64,000 bases of DNA from a virus. Every line of letters starts with the position of its first letter. The stretch's first letter is position 1. The stretch lies in the IMG/VR virus record IMGVR_UViG_3300021599_000885. The stretch is one strand, 5' to 3'. A model generated the notes under the pieces. That model was given only the letters and a program-made list of their open reading frames with translations, searched no databases and was not told where the DNA came from. Position numbers and translations under genes: made by a program. Below, one piece after another: positions 63,626 to 64,000 of the stretch.

Positions 63626-64000
63626 TTATTCTCCTAGTGTATGAATCACTGGTTTTTCGTGTGCCAGAATGTGATACAGGTCAGGGTTCTTCGCTGCTGA
63701 TACTGGAACAAACTCTGTCTCTGGATCAAACTCATCGTCACGAATTGCCTGGTTAATCACAATCGAACCATCAGCGCCAGAGTATGAACGATGGAAGGTC
63801 ATTTTAGGAATCACCAGAGCACCAGAAGAACGATTCAGGTGAACAATATGATAAGGATAACGCCACTCTGGGTTGACTAATTCAAATGTGCGAATTCCAG
63901 ACAGAACACGGTTGTGGTCAATCTGGTGATAATGGATATAAAACTGTTTAGCACCTACAATATCATCTGGTGGTGAAATAGCAGGACCAGTATGACACAC
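63626..64000 (-). CDS. Cupin-like protein, C-terminal part (5' end outside the window)
   Basis: FYIHYHQIDHNRV...LVIPKMTFHRS histidine pattern. Confidence 0.65.
   Translation of the reverse strand: MCHTGPAISPPDDIVGAKQFYIHYHQIDHNRVLSGIRTFELVNPEWRYPYHIVHLNRSSGALVIPKMTFHRSYSGADGSIVINQAIRDDEFDPETEFVPVSAAKNPDLYHILAHEKPVIHTLGE

Overview
This window is a segment of a T4-like cyanomyovirus genome (marine Synechococcus/Prochlorococcus phage type), coded almost entirely on the minus strand. Positions 1-46047 hold the conserved late module: uvsW (partial), uvsY, g3, g23, g22, g21, g20, g19, g18, g17, g16, g15, g14, g13, a fibre gene, a large VrlC-like structural gene, g8, g7, g6 and g25. These genes have TATAAATA-type late promoters. 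An HNH homing endonuclease sits in the original 5' end of g17 and leaves a stranded 'MSEVYL' start behind it. Positions ~48400-60600 are an accessory, probably early, region built as an array of small-gene cassettes. At least 14 cassettes are headed by the same element: a -10 hexamer, 29-31 bp of spacer, and a 22-bp imperfect palindrome (GTGNCAGTT-N4-AACTGNCAC) that usually overlaps the 3' end of the upstream gene. One palindrome also sits 30 bp from a divergent TATAAT that would drive a structured ~110-nt RNA. A candidate origin at 52250-53190 combines helically phased CTCGTCGAGA repeats, a plus-strand sigma70 promoter, 11-bp G-tract repeats and an AT-rich zone. Its predicted transcript shares a 5' motif (CACAAGNNNAGGAGGG) with the small RNA. 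Other genes include a restriction-like nuclease, an orphan HicA-like gene, an RNA-ligase-like protein, an HExxH protease, a beta-class DNA methyltransferase and cp12. I saw no tRNA, rRNA or CRISPR array. All calls come from reading the sequence; no searches were run.
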